This document shows positions 13,001 to 25,909 of a stretch of 64,000 bases of DNA, one piece after another; position 1 is the stretch's first letter; each line of letters begins with the position of its first letter. Made by a program: the position numbers and the translations under genes. Under the pieces are notes generated by a model. That model ran no database searches. It was not told the origin of the DNA and was given only the letters and a program-made list of their open reading frames with translations. Location: NCBI RefSeq assembly GCF_000143415.4, contig NW_003314294.1:625453-689452 (forward strand), written 5' to 3'. The stretch is from Selaginella moellendorffii. Taxonomy: Eukaryota; Plantae; Lycopodiophyta.

Positions 13001-16000
13001 AAAAGGGGGTGCACTCTTATTCATGGGCCCTTTCCCTCTATATTTGAACCCCATGGATCGTCTCTCAAGTCGTTCCCTTTGGTTGCTTACACTCATCAGT
13101 TGATCCGTTAGCACTTGGAGTAGATTGTTGGATGGAGAAAATGTGTAGTTGGGGCATTAACATCACTAGCATTTGTGTTAGTGGAAGTGGCATTATTGAT
13201 TTGAGTGATGAGGAATTTTCCTTAGAGCTTGATTTTACATGTCATTTTTTTTGTTAGTGTTTTGGCTTCACATTGGATCTTGAAAATGGTTGAAGAAGAG
13301 TGTTAATGCAATGTGGATATCTGGAGATGTGGTCTTCGTGATCAAGCCTTGGATGTTCACTTTGCACTTTACGGATGTCGGAGTTGAATGTCGGAGAAAT
13401 GGGCAAAGATGTTCGATGCTTAAGCATGCTATTGGGTCATAAGAATCTGTGTTGAGGTGAGCCTATGTGAAGTTGTTGGTAAGAGGAAGTTGGTTGAGTC
13501 TTGAAAGTTTGCATTCTTGGACTAAGAGTCATTCTTTCTCTAAGATGGAAATTTTCCACAAATTTTCTTAGGCTTTTCCAATGGCTAATCTATTGATCAC
13601 TTTGCTTGAAAACCATTCTGTTTTCGTAAGCCAGTACAAACTAGTGAAGAGGTTGGAGTTTACTTCAGTTGGCTTAAACCTTAGTAGATAGTTTGTACTA
13701 TGCGGCCCGAAAGGGATGCTGACTTTTTGGGGCTAAGGCAATTGAGTTGGATAGAGTCTGGAGTTGGTGTAGAAAAGTGGTTGTTGCACTTTTCTAAGAA
13801 AGGTGACCCTTGTGCCTTTCTTCTATAGCATTATGCTCGGTGGCAGGTTGCACTTTGCATTTCGTTAAAACTCTATAAGAGTAGTGAACTCTCACTGATC
13901 TTGACTTAGTCTTGGTAGCCCTGCGCCTTGGCTGAGGATGGTGATGTCCAACTTAGTTGTTTGAGGTTGAGATGTGGTACCCATACTATAGCTTTGTCTA
14001 TGAGGAGGTTGTGTACCAATATGAGTCCATTTCATGGTCTTCACTTTAGTTTTAACTGAGTGTTGATCATGTGTAGCTAGCCTTTTCAAGGCATGCTCAG
14101 AGCTAGTGGCTAAATGTTTTAGTGAGCTTATTACGGTTGAGTTAGATTTGAGTGATCATTTAGTTTGTGCTTGTTTATGAACTTTTATCTCGTACCTGGG
14201 ATATCACATTCATGTTGGACAAGTATATAACTTGATGATAAGAGTCGGTGTTTAGGTCTTGTGAAGGCAAGTTGAAGAGTGATTATTGGTTGCTTTGCGA
14301 CTAGTGATTACTTGTAGACTTTGTCAAGGACCGTTGACACTTGCTTTGCTTGATGATGATATAGCAATGATGGGTTTGCTTTACTGGATGGTGTTACGGA
14401 GGATTGTGTTGTTAGACTTACATGAGTTTTCATGTTGGCATGTCAACTCTACCTCTGTTGATATCATTTGGTTACATTTAGTTCGTAGTGTTAGATTTCA
14501 TTGAGTCTTGGATGTGGTGAATCACTCTTTGATAATGTGTTATCTACAACTGAGTTTTGCTGAAGGATTGGTTTCGGATACTAAATAAAGTATCTCCGAC
14601 CTTGGTTAGCTTAGTTGCTAGAGAGTTTTGAATGGTGATTCACTCTTACTTTCTTTTAGCTTGTTATGGTGTTCATAGCATTCAAGTGATGCCTTGTCAT
14701 TGACATTATTGATGTTAAGATTCAAGTGAGATGAGATGTTGCTCCTTAGGATTGACATTGAGTTTCATTAGTCTTAATGAAGATAGTGTTGATGATTTGG
14801 TTATAGCTTTGTGTTGTTGGCATTCATGCATTTGTTAATTAACAACTGTGTTGATGTTCAAATGAACTGAGTGGCAAGTTGAGTTAGTTGTGTTCTATAC
14901 GAGATTGCTTAGTTGAGGTTGAGCTTTAGCTTTTCCTTGAAAAGTGATTTAGTCGAGGACAATGCTACCTCTATGAAAGGAAGAGTTAGTGATTGGTATT
15001 GAAGTGATTGAATCCTTGTTGGATTTCAGTTGGGATATATTGATCATTGATGATTTTTCTTGTGCTTGTTATGAGGTGAGTTACGTCTTGCTATAGATGG
15101 ATTCATGGAGAATCGTTTAGTGATCACTTGTTGGGCATAACTCCGTTATGCTTAGCTTTTGGATTGATGCAGAAATGTTCATTAGCTTTGGCATTATGAA
15201 GTTTGGCTTATGGATGTGTTGAGGAAGATACTGTGGGTTGCACCATGATTTCTTTTTTAGCATTGAAGTTAGTTCAAGCAAGACTTGTGATCATTATAGA
15301 CAAAAACTTAGCTATAGGCTTCTTCGAGTTTTTGGTTCCTTGAGTTTTCATGCTCATTGTTCCATTTGTTAGAAGTTGTTGGGGAAGGCATTTTGGCTCA
15401 TTAGCTTCGGTGTTGAAGTTGGCTTTCGCATCTAGCAATCATTGGTGATGTGACTATCATCTAGGATAATTGATTATCTTTGTCAAAGGTTTTGCTTGAT
15501 TATTGTTGATCTAGAATGATTTGCTATTCTTCGGGATGGTGGATTCCTACTTAGACGATGATTCTGCATATCTCTTTATTAATGGGATGATTGATGATCT
15601 TTCATGATAGTTCGTTATTCTCTTTGATGATTTATGGCTTTTCGCATTACCACATGTTCTTTGTGGTTTGCTCTAGTTTGGTCTCTTGGGTTTGAGACAT
15701 TAGTAAGGATGTTGCTAACACTTGTTTAAGCAACTTGAGTTCTTTGGTGTTGTTGGCTAGGATCTATTTGGATTGGCTAGTGTGATAGTTGGCATGAATG
15801 GGTGTTTGTTGGTCTTACCGCATTCATTCTGTTCTATTGATTATTGCTCGAGTTAATTCTGATAGGTTGGGATGTTATTTCCTTCGGGTGATACATTTGC
15901 AAGCATTATGCTTGTTAGTCAATGATACTTTGTGTTCTTTGAGTTATCTCTAGTAAGTTGTTGGCTTACTGTCTACTATCTTCGGTAGTTCAGTTTCATC

Positions 16001-17885
16001 ATTGAGTTTACTTGATGATATACTTGCTATTGAATTTTGTTGGATAGTGAATCCTGTGTTTACCAATTTTGATGATCTTGGTGGTTCCTATACTCAACTA
16101 CTAGTTTATCAGATGATAACTTACTTGGAATACTTTTGTGTTCTAATCTAAGCTTTATTTCCTGATAATTAAATATCTAAGCTATCATTGTCTATGACTT
16201 TGATATTGTCCATCTATTGCTCTTTGAGTTTGGGCCAGTATAGGTAGATTGGCTTCGGCACTTTGTGTGCATGTTGAAATCTCTAGTCATAGGGTAGCTA
16301 CTGTCGACTGGTCACATAACCTGCCTCTTTGTCGATGTTCCTTATTTCGTTGAAAGGGCGTGACCGTGTAAACAACTCTACCTGCCTATTTATAGTAGTC
16401 TATCTAAACCTTACCGACGGGTTTGGTTTCTTTGCTCAGGAGGGTTGGGGCCTCTAGCTTCTCTCTCTATATCCCTGCGGGCAAGGGCATATCACACTTT
16501 TGTAAGCTGGGTGACTCCTAGAGCAGCAAGGGTGGCTGACTCCGTTGGTCATTTCCTTGTCAGCGACGGTCGGAAGGTGTCTGAGTTGGTAACGCATCCG
16601 CGTTAGACAAAGAGGTTGCCTCCTAACTCATTTAAGTTGGCGCATTTCTCACATAGTGTGACTACCGTGAACTTTTTCTGGAGTTGTTTCCTTGGCGGTA
16701 TTCTAGACTCGAGTATGCATCGACAAGGACGTCGATCTTCCCCATGGGGGGGAGAGTGTCGTGAATGTGACTTCGGGTATCGAAAGTTACCTGTCAACTA
16801 GTCCTTACGGACACTCTTTCCTTACTGCCACGATGGCAGAAGGTCGGTATTGCTAGACCCTTTGTCAGCCCCTCTTGTTCAAGTGTTAGTAAATTGGACT
16901 TTGCATCTGTACTTGGCCGGATGAGCATAAGGACGGAATTCCTAAGTGTCTATTCAGCCAAGCATACTTGGCCTAGCTTTTTAGTTCTCTTTTGCTCTGT
17001 CTTGCACTGGCTTGACAAGAACCATCGCATATTGAGATTAGTCCCTCAATATTGTTGGATGATACCTTACTGTGTCTGCCAAACACCCTCGCTATCATGC
17101 CCTTTGTGTTAGTCTCATTTCGGTCCCAAATGCTATTTATAGAAAGTGTCCAGATTTGCTCATTTGGCATATCTACGGAATGTAGAGATCAGCTTGAACA
17201 CAATGGTGTTTGTCCCGTGTCCAAATTCACAATCTAGCGCCATTCCATATTTAGTAAGTTTCGAGCTTGTCCCAGAGACTAACTCCTGATACTAAGGGAG
17301 GCTTGGGGTGAAAGCCCAAAGCATGTGTTCCTCAAAGGGGGTAGGGATAGTGGGTAGGATAGGCACGCAGAACAAGGATAGGCACGCAAGCGGGAGCTAA
17401 ACTATACCTCAGGTTAGTCAACCATGCCCAAGTCCAAACTCCACACTATGCTAGTTGGTGGAGTACCCATGTCCTTGTGTTAGGCCACCGGTATGCTGAA
17501 ATACAGCCAGACTCCGTTTGGCTCCATTTTGCGTGCTGGTCTTGGCATTGGGATGCTGGTTACTCTAGGACTGTTCTAAGTCACTCCGGGCTCCTGTCCC
17601 TTCGCTCCGGGCTCTTGTCCCTTCGCTCCTTGGGCTATACGTTTAGGAGTTGCTCCATGGTCTAGTTCCATCACTCCTTGGCTTTATGCTTAGAAGTTTG
17701 GCACCGTTCCTTCGTTCAGTGGCCCAAGGCCCTGAACCTCGAGTTCCACAACACTGTCCTTTGGACACGTGGCATGTGACATGTGGCATCTGTCACGTGG
17801 CATATGGAGGGTTTAGGTTCTGCTTTGTGGTGTTATCCTATGGTAAATCACCGTAGGATAAAGGGTAAAAACCATGTGCGCTATA
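10028..17885 (+). mobile_element. Complete non-autonomous LTR retrotransposon, family A (LARD-like; no gag/pol ORF)
   Basis: LTRs 10028-11171 and 16757-17885; TSD ATAAT (10023-10027/17886-17890); PBS tggtatcagag at 11174 (tRNA-iMet); PPT gggggggagag 16746-16756; no internal ORF over ~80 aa. Confidence 0.95.
12497..13091 (-). mobile_element. Young, complete Cassandra TRIM
   Basis: 195-bp LTRs (12497-12691, 12897-13091) differ at 2 positions by eye; TSD CTCAT; PBS revcomp ctctgatacca ~12884-12894. LTR revcomp GTTAAGCGTCCTTGGGTTTGAATAGTACTGGGATGGGTGACCTCTCGGGAAGTCC matches the 3' half of plant 5S rRNA. Empty site at ~53160 in the sister family A copy. Confidence 0.95.
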
Positions 17886-19274
17886 ATAATCAAATGTTGA
17901 AGTAACACTTCTGAGAATAGTCTCTATGAATAGGACATAAATACCAGAATTTGTACTTAACAGTAGTAACACATCAAAAGTAGCTATGAAACTATAACTT
18001 TATGGGTCATAAGACTAATAAAGTCTAAAATCTAAATAACTTAAGGGACTCAAAGAATGGTTCCTAAAACTTGGATGAAACATATTTAGAATGAGGTGTA
18101 TTATCCCCAATTAAAGACTAAAAAGATCATAAGATCCAAGTATGAGAATAGTGAGTATTTTATTAATGGCAAAAGGTGTTATGTTAAAGCAACTTTTGCA
18201 AAAGTTATGTTCGCACACAATGGTGAAGGCTAACTAGTAATTAGCATAGAAAATGGCAAAGTATGGTCTTGGTGAAAAACATAGACACAAAAAAAGTGTA
18301 CATAAAAGTAGGCTCATAGAGCCATGTGGAAACACCAATTATCTCAAGGGAAGATATCTTGAGGTCATGTTAGCTAGTTTGTGAATACTCCTTGCTAAAG
18401 TAATATCAATGGAAAAGGAATTGATATAGCTTAAGCTAGAAGATATGGGATTTGAGTGTTTTGACCTAAATATTGATGGAATTGTGAAAGTATTGATAAT
18501 GAATTGTAGGAAATGATAAGTATGATGCAACTAAGCAAAAGTTTGGTATAATTGATTGAAGTAGTGGAAACTAACTATATAAGACTCTTTATTAAGATAG
18601 AAAGGAGGCTAAATATATCTCATAAAGGATAAATTACTTATGTTGTGATATAATGAGTTAGTATTGTAAAAGGAAATGTTCATTGTCTAATAAGTCCATC
18701 ATAACGATATGTAAGCACCTTAAAACACTAAGTAGTGTTTAGTATCATGAGGGTATTAAATAAGGCCCAAGAGACTAAGTTATTAAAGAATTGATAAATA
18801 AGAGGTATAGAAAAGGAGGTCTGTCTACCCAAAGTGGATAAGACAAAAGATTTTAGCATGGATAGCAACATATATATAGAGGCTTATAGGTAGTAATGTT
18901 AATCTTGGTGTGTGTGTGAAAAGATGCAGAGGATAGCTCAAAGCACTAAGAATATTCTAATTCCAAAAATATTCCTCTCTTTTTGTATAAAAGCCCCACA
19001 AATGAGCAAGGGTAAAGGAGGGTATTTAGGGCAATAGGAAAAAGCTTAAGTTCATGATAGAGGCATAAAAAGTTTGAGTTAAAAATGTTGGGAGATAGCC
19101 CTTATCTTCCAACATTGATATGATAAATTAGATTAACTTTTTTGGAAAGTCTTGAATGGCATTATGTACTCTTCACCTTCCATTTTGACTATGTACTCCT
19201 TTGTAAGCACAATGATGTACTTTGTGGATAGAATCTCACATAAGTATTTGAGCCAAATTTATTTTACACTACTT

Positions 19275-22200
19275 CTATTTGGAGATGGTATAAATAAATT
19301 TAATTGCCTTATGCTTTCTTGCTAGCCTCCTATGCATCTCTATGGGAATAGTCCTAGTTCCATCACTCATATCTCCAACGCTCCTCTCAAGATTGAAATT
19401 GGATTTCTTAATGTTTTCAATCTCATCTGAGGTGAACATGACCCCATTAACAACCAGCCATTCTTGAGGTACTACAACAAGTTTAGTCACTATAGTGTCT
19501 TCAAGCTGCTTTGTATAGTTGGCATTAGTGTTGCAATAATATAGCCAACACTATCTTGACTTGCTTTCGTTCCCTATAGAAATATGGGGCTAGAATAAAA
19601 GCAAATTTGTCACCACAGATCCAAGTCCAACATTTGCCCCTTAGAAGCATCTCCACACACTTTACATTAGATTTTACTAGCATTCGGCAGATTGCTCATT
19701 GCCTTGACTCTATGCTATGATAAGCAATTTCAACCTATTGTGATGTACTTTTTTCATCAACCACTTAAGGTGGCTTGGTTCGGAGGTGGTGTCTTTGAGA
19801 AAAATAGTACTCAACATTAAGTTTGTAAGAGCTTTTCGCTCCAAGGTCCGTACAAACATCTTCACCAGCAAAGGAAAAACAACACTTTGAGTGAATAGTT
19901 TTCATATCATCAATAGAAGCCCAGGGAGTGTACTCCATAGATGTGTCTCGGACCACTTCCTCAACTGTAGTTGCCACTATTTGAGCGGGCGGAGTTAATT
20001 TTCTCTTCATCCTATCATGTAATATCACAATAAAAGGCCATGTTCCCACGTATTTGCCTTCATTGAATGCTAACGTTTTTAAAGACTGCTTTATAGCACA
20101 TATTAAATATGATAGCCAGGCTTTATATAAACTCATCTTCCCTTTCCCTACCTCAAGGGAATGCTTACTTTCGAAGAGATTCACAGTTGGGGTGTATGCA
20201 AGGTCCTCAAGTGGTTAATCCTAATGGAAAAGGCAATATTAAGAAGCAATAAAATGAGAAGAAAAACTAATAGAAACAAACTTGAAGAGAGTGATGTCCC
20301 TACTGGAACATCTTAACTTCCCACCACCCTAACTATGACTCAAGTTGTGGTAAACAACTTATCTTTATGCCATCACATTCAAATCTTGTTTACTTTTGCC
20401 TCGTGCTCTTCTTCAAAAGATACAACTTACCATTGTTTACAAAACTCTTTAAACATTGATTGAAACTTTGGCTTGATAAGGTGGTAGTGTTGGTTTAAGC
20501 TCTGAGCCCAATAGAACTCACAAGTCCTCTCACGACCTTCCAATAGCTGACCATTCCCAAAAACTACTCAGACACCATTTTAGTTTGCACCAACCCCATT
20601 TGCCATGAAATCGCGAAATTTTTCAGGCTTACTAGTCCGCTTTAGTACAATATCAAATAGGGACTTCCAAAATATTTCCTGGTCTATCTGGTTTTCTACT
20701 TTAAACTTTGTTGTTGCAATTGTCAAGTTATAACATAACTTGTGAAAACACAAATATTACAACTATTTCAATATAATGAGAATAAAAATTACTTGGATCA
20801 TACACATAAGCTCCCATATGTAAGCTCCTAAGTTTGGACTTCCCAAGAGGTCACCCAGCCCAATACTATTCAAACCCAAGCACGCTTAACCCCAAATATC
20901 CTAAGACTTTTAACCGATTGGAAAAGGGGATGCACTCTTATTCATGGGCCCTTTCCCTCTATATTTGAACCCTTATGGATCGTTTCTCAAGTCGTTCCCT
21001 TTGGTTGTTTACAATCCATCACATTTCCCTACAAGTTCACACCCTCGTGAACGGAAGCTGAGAGCCGCAACTCTCCCGAGAGCCCTGCTCTCTTGACACC
21101 CTACCCCTCAGGTTGAGCCCAGCAGGAGCAAACTGGACCACAGGGCTCTCTTGACACCCTACCCCTCGGGTCGAGCTTAGCGGGAGCAAATTAGATCAGC
21201 CAGATGTCAATCAACATGTGGTGTGATTCCCTTAGCCAACCAACAAAGTCAGACCCAAGACCTCTGATACCAAATGTAAGCTTCTGAGTTTGGACCTCCC
21301 GGAAGGTCACCCAGCCCAATACTATTCAAACCCAAGAATGTTTAACCCCAAATATCCCAAGACCCTTAACCAATTGGAAAAGGGGGTACACTCTTATTCA
21401 TAGGCCCTTTCCCTCTATATTTGAACCCTTATGGATTGTTTCTCGAGTCGTTCCCTTTGGTTGCTTACACAATGGTTGTCCAACCTAATACACATTTTAT
21501 ATGGTCAAAATGTACCTATGCATTTCCAAGGTCACTAGACCTAAACATATCTATTTGGGAGATAAGATCTACACTAGAGGCAAGGCCTATTGTAGACATT
21601 TTGAAGACGAAGGGGTGCTCTTACTCATTCACAACTTAATTTAGAAACAAACTTCTATAGATGAACTCATATGGATAGGTCCATTTCAGTTCAAGGATGG
21701 AGTCAATTTTTTATTGCAACTTCCTCTCTCAAGATTCACACATCCAAAATTTTATCCTAAACAATATAATGTCAAAAAATAAATATTATGAAATACAACA
21801 GACATACCTCCTTAGGCTAGTAGCAAGTTGTACTCTTCGTAACAAGTCATGCAAGCTAGCCTCGTTTAGTTAAGTCTTTTGGCAACTTGGATTGAGTAAG
21901 ATGTTTGCAATAAAATCCTTGAGGATGGTATTTTGAACATGCTTTGAAGTTGTATATGAGTTTTTCATAGTCTCTTTCTGCATATCTTTTAAACGATTGA
22001 GAGAACTCTTTTGTATCCCTTCTTGCATTGGATGCATATGTGTGCCAACATGCATTGTAGCTCTTCTAGCCACTCCATCCCATGGAATAAAGTGGTACAT
22101 CTTAGCTTTGTAGATAACATGACATAGAGGAGCAATTTTGCAGAATCAACATTTGAATCCAATAGCAATGGTGTCACAGGTAGGAGGATTGATTATAGAC

Positions 22201-22940
22201 CCTTTGAAAAATATAGAATTTCTACAGTGATCTTGATTGCATGCTTCATCCATGCAATCTAAATGCACACCACAATGAACTATAAACACTGTGCTTTCGA
22301 AATATTATAAGTGTGTGATTTTGATCTTGCACTAATTGTGGACATCCTACTTGGTTTCATCCCCTTCTGTTTGGAACCTATGCTATTGACAAGACGTGGT
22401 AGCTCAAAGAAAATGTTGTTGTTGTAGGAGGATAAAAGCTTGCTCACAAGCCTATACAAAAATAAGTGCACATCAATTGAGATGTGTGAAAACTAAAAAA
22501 CATTGCTAATGGCTTTGAATATTGCTAAAGCTAGAGTTGGTGAATTCGGCACTAACATTAGTATAACTTCTCCACTTGAATTAGAAGAGGATAAGAGGAT
22601 AACAATTGGCTCTTGCTTCACATTCACTTTGGCTAGAGCATATCTTGGCACTTTGACTGGAGATCCAAAAATTCAAATTTTCTTCGACTTAGAATTCTTC
22701 AAATCCCATTGTTGTCTGCCCTCACCCACACTGGAAAGAAGAAACTCTAAGTATGCAACTATACCAGTGTCATTGCAAATCACAACCTTTAAAGAAATAG
22801 AGCTAAGACGAAGATTAAGAGGCCAACATAAAAAACTTTCGAAAACAATACTCTAATAGAATGAAAGAGGTGGGTGATCTAAAAAATGTAGAAGAAACTT
22901 ATCCATCCTTCTTAATAGGTTTTGGAATTCTCTCTGACAT
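19275..22940 (-). pseudogene. Multi-exon Mutator-like (MULE-type DDE) transposase pseudogene
   Basis: Manual translation: PFVFKMS...VHFDHIKCVLGWTT(M)GAYVYDP across the Cassandra insertion; FWKSL...FRDFMANGVGAN*NGV*VVFGNG..EGRERTCEFYWAQSL (degenerate MULE FMAD...CxxHW); LGWW; NLFESKH; many stops. Confidence 0.7.
20819..21469 (-). mobile_element. Cassandra TRIM inserted in the MULE transposase, with a ~60-bp internal duplication
   Basis: Two 5S-bearing LTRs; PBS ~21262-21272; flanks ccata/caatg are each one change from CCATG, which restores the TTMGA reading frame. Confidence 0.9.
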
Positions 22941-23799
22941 TCTTCTTATTGGTCTTCTTAAATTTCAATTATGTTTCACTATGGATTTAGCATAAAGAGA
23001 CAACATATAAAATTTAAATTCTATAGCAAATTTAACATGTGCAAGTGTGACAGTATTAATATTAGTGTCATTTATTATGATGTCTGATGTATGTATGCAC
23101 ATAGATCCAATGAAGGAGTTTCAGCACGTGAAGTTTGATAGTTAATAATAATATAAGTAATGATATTCTATTGTAGCATGTTAATCCAAGAGATCCAATC
23201 AAACTATCAGCACATGTGATGTGTCAAGTTGTCAAATTTTAAATGCTAGATGATGATAAATATTGTCAAATCTTATTCTTCAATGATAGATTTGATTCTT
23301 AGTATAACTCAAGTTTTATCCATAATTGTGAACATTGCTCAATGACATTTAAAGCACATACCTATTATTTAGGATCTATTACAACACAAAATAAATTTTT
23401 AGGTCAAGATTCATCCATTTATAGATTAATATAGTACAACATATTTTAATGTACCTTATTTATACTCTTTAAAGTTTTTGTAATGATTCAAAAATATGTA
23501 CAAAATATTGATGAGAATGTATCCTTTCTAGATAATTTGGAAAAACTAATATAATATCATATCTCTAATAACAGAAATATTGATAGGTGCTAGTTAAATA
23601 GTCATTAAAATATACAAAATAAAGAACCATAATTCACACATAATAATAATGATAAGATAAAATAAGATCGAAGATATCATGATGGTTGAGATTTAACTTA
23701 TTTGGAATGAATGGCTAGGATGACAGATTGGTTAGGGTTAGGGCAGCCATCAAGATTAGGGTTAGGATAGCTGCCAAGATTAGGTTACTATTTGAGCCG

Positions 23800-24120
23800 T
23801 GAGTGGAGTGTACAAAAGATCGAGAGATTGAGTGTGGGAGAGTGTGTGAGAGTTGGAGTGTGGGAGAGTGTGAGAGATCAAGTGTGCAAGTGTGAGAGAT
23901 TGAGCACACAAGTGCGAGAGAACAAGTGCGCAAGTGTGAAAGATCGAGCAAGGGAGAGTGCGAGAGATTGAGTGCACAAGTGTGAAAGATCGAGCAAGGG
24001 AGAGTGAGAGATCGAGCACGCAAGTGTGAACACAAGTTGAGATTAAGAGAGAGAGTGTGAGAGATTAAGTATGCAAGTTGAGATCGAGAGTGCGAGAGAT
24101 CCAGCACGATCAAGAGATTG
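23800..24120. repeat. Degenerate AG/TG-rich tandem repeats (gagtgtgcaagtgtgagagatcgagc-like) upstream of the ParB-like gene
   Basis: Visible imperfect repeats; ttaggg-like units at ~23731-23766. Confidence 0.75.
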
Positions 24121-24128
24121 GGTAGCCA

Positions 24129-25585
24129 ATGCCACCAAAGGTGAGTTTCTATTTGATTGCTTCCATACTTTTTCTTTTTGCTCCTCTTCCAGCAAGGTTG
24201 AGCTCAGGCACTTTGGTGGCCTGGGGGGCTAAGGTTATTCAAATAATCTTAGCCCCTCAGGTCACCAAAGTGCCTGAGCTCAAGCTTGGGCTGGCCACCT
24301 CAGGCACTTTGGCTGCCAGAGGGGTCAAAGTTATTCAAATAATTTTAGCCCCTTGGGCCATTAAAGTGCCCAAGGTCAAGCTTGGGCTGCCCACCCAGGG
24401 GGCTGAGGTTATTCAAATAACCTTGGCCCCTTGGGCCATCAAAGTGCTTGAGGTCAAACTCAGGTTGGCCACCTCGGGCACTTTGGCCTCCCAAGAGCCA
24501 AAGTGCTCGAGGTGGAGTTTGTGCCTGCTTGATATTTTTTCTTTTTGTCTTTGACTATTTGAATTTTTTATTATCTTTATTTAGTTTGACTAACAAAATT
24601 TCTTCTCTTGCAAAAAAGGAAAATAGGATCACCTAAAAAGGTTGTTAGAGCTAAGAGAACACGCGAAGCTGAATTCAACACTAATGAAGATATTACAATC
24701 AACATATCCATTAGCACATCAATAAAAACACAATTGCTTAGAGATCCATTACTTCCACCACCATCACCACCTCCACCATAACTATCATCACTGCCACCCC
24801 CACCATTCCTTCCTCCATCACCACCTCCACTACCACCATCACCACCACTACCCCCACCATTGCCACCACCACTACCACCATTACCTCTGCCACCATCACC
24901 ATCGCCACGTCCACCTTTACTCCTCACTGGCCCACCACCAGCACAAATACCTAAAGTTAGGCAATCTAGCAGTGTTCATGATAGAGAATTTGATGAACAG
25001 CTTGGAGCTAAAAGAGTTGCAAACCTTCTTGATAATATGATGGACAAGTGCTTCCAAGAGGTTGTTATGCGGACAAGGGAAAAAGCAGTTCACCAAACAC
25101 TTGAGGTGCTCAATTGGCCAGGCCCTTGTGACTTGATCAAATAAATCCCCCTTTGCCATTTACAACAGACAAACCTTGTGCGCACAAGATCCAAGTATGT
25201 TAACCCGGACATATACAATTTGTTCAAATAAAATGGCCTTACAACGAATATTGGTATGTTTCTAGTCTCTTTTTGCAAGCCAAGAACAACGGAGATCATT
25301 ACTGTCACACTTGAGATTGTGAATAGCTAGGATCTTATTTGGAGGAGGAAGTCCCTTGAATTTGATAACATGCTTATTAGACATCTTGAAACTTGATAGC
25401 TTGCAAGGACAATGTTCCAAGTTATTGATAGTAACCACCGATATGGGGCTTGGATGAAGTGTATTGACAATCATTTTCGCAATGATCCCACCTATCATAT
25501 CAAAGTTCTAGTTGGCCATGTCTATGCGAGGGGATCTCTAGATATCAAGAAACTTATCTTGGCCTGCCAAAAGATCAATGTGTAA
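24129..25585 (+). pseudogene. ParB/Srx-like domain pseudogene with Pro-rich N-terminal region; may continue in decayed exons to ~27200
   Basis: ATG CCA CCA AAG|GTGAGT first exon. One frame through stops from 24860: ...IPLCHLQQTNLVR...GMFLVS...IWRRKSLEFD...MFQVIDSNHRYGAWMKCI...YHIKV (ParB-type hhDGxHRxxA motif). Confidence 0.65.
24198..24500. repeat. Array of about 3 long hairpins centred on GTTATTCAAATAA, in the predicted first intron of the ParB-like gene
   Basis: 24198-24283 is a near-perfect 86-bp inverted repeat (ttgagctcaggcactttgg...ccaaagtgcctgagctcaa); related units follow. Confidence 0.85.
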
Positions 25586-25831
25586 ATTTTATAATTTCAT
25601 CTCTAATTCCACTTTAACTTGTTATAACATGTTTAAATGCAAGCTTGGGTAGTTCACTATTCAAAAGTAAAACCTTGTCCATGACATTGAGCAACTTCAA
25701 TTTTTGGCAGACTTGAGTGAGAATGACATCTGCCAACATTATAGTGATGATTTCACAACACTTGTTTGGCACTCACACATTTAAAATGATGGTACAACAT
25801 AGTTCAACAACCTAATCAATTTTATGCTCAT

Positions 25832-25832
25832 C

Positions 25833-25907
<75 letters not shown>
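25832..25907. repeat. (TA)n microsatellite
   Basis: Seen directly. Confidence 0.98.

Positions 25908-25909
<2 letters not shown>

Larger units (their letters stand above)
7534..18900 (+). mobile_element. Old, internally deleted family C copy that hosts a Cassandra, a family A solo LTR and a full family A element
   Basis: Starts tgtaaaacacaaatccct like the LTR start at 48388. Segments 8640-8783, 9875-10027 and 17891-18900 are collinear with ~44630-45990 once the insertions are removed. Right end approximate. Confidence 0.7.

Noticed and set aside
17881-17885. Outer LTR ends reading TA instead of CA (also at 27207, 8784, 4438)
   Set aside because: Inner LTR ends keep CA; most simply explained by C-to-T decay, with too few cases to claim a non-canonical terminus
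24577-24927. Glycine-rich ORF on the minus strand
   Set aside because: It is the antisense of the (CCA)n proline-rich segment of the ParB-like pseudogene
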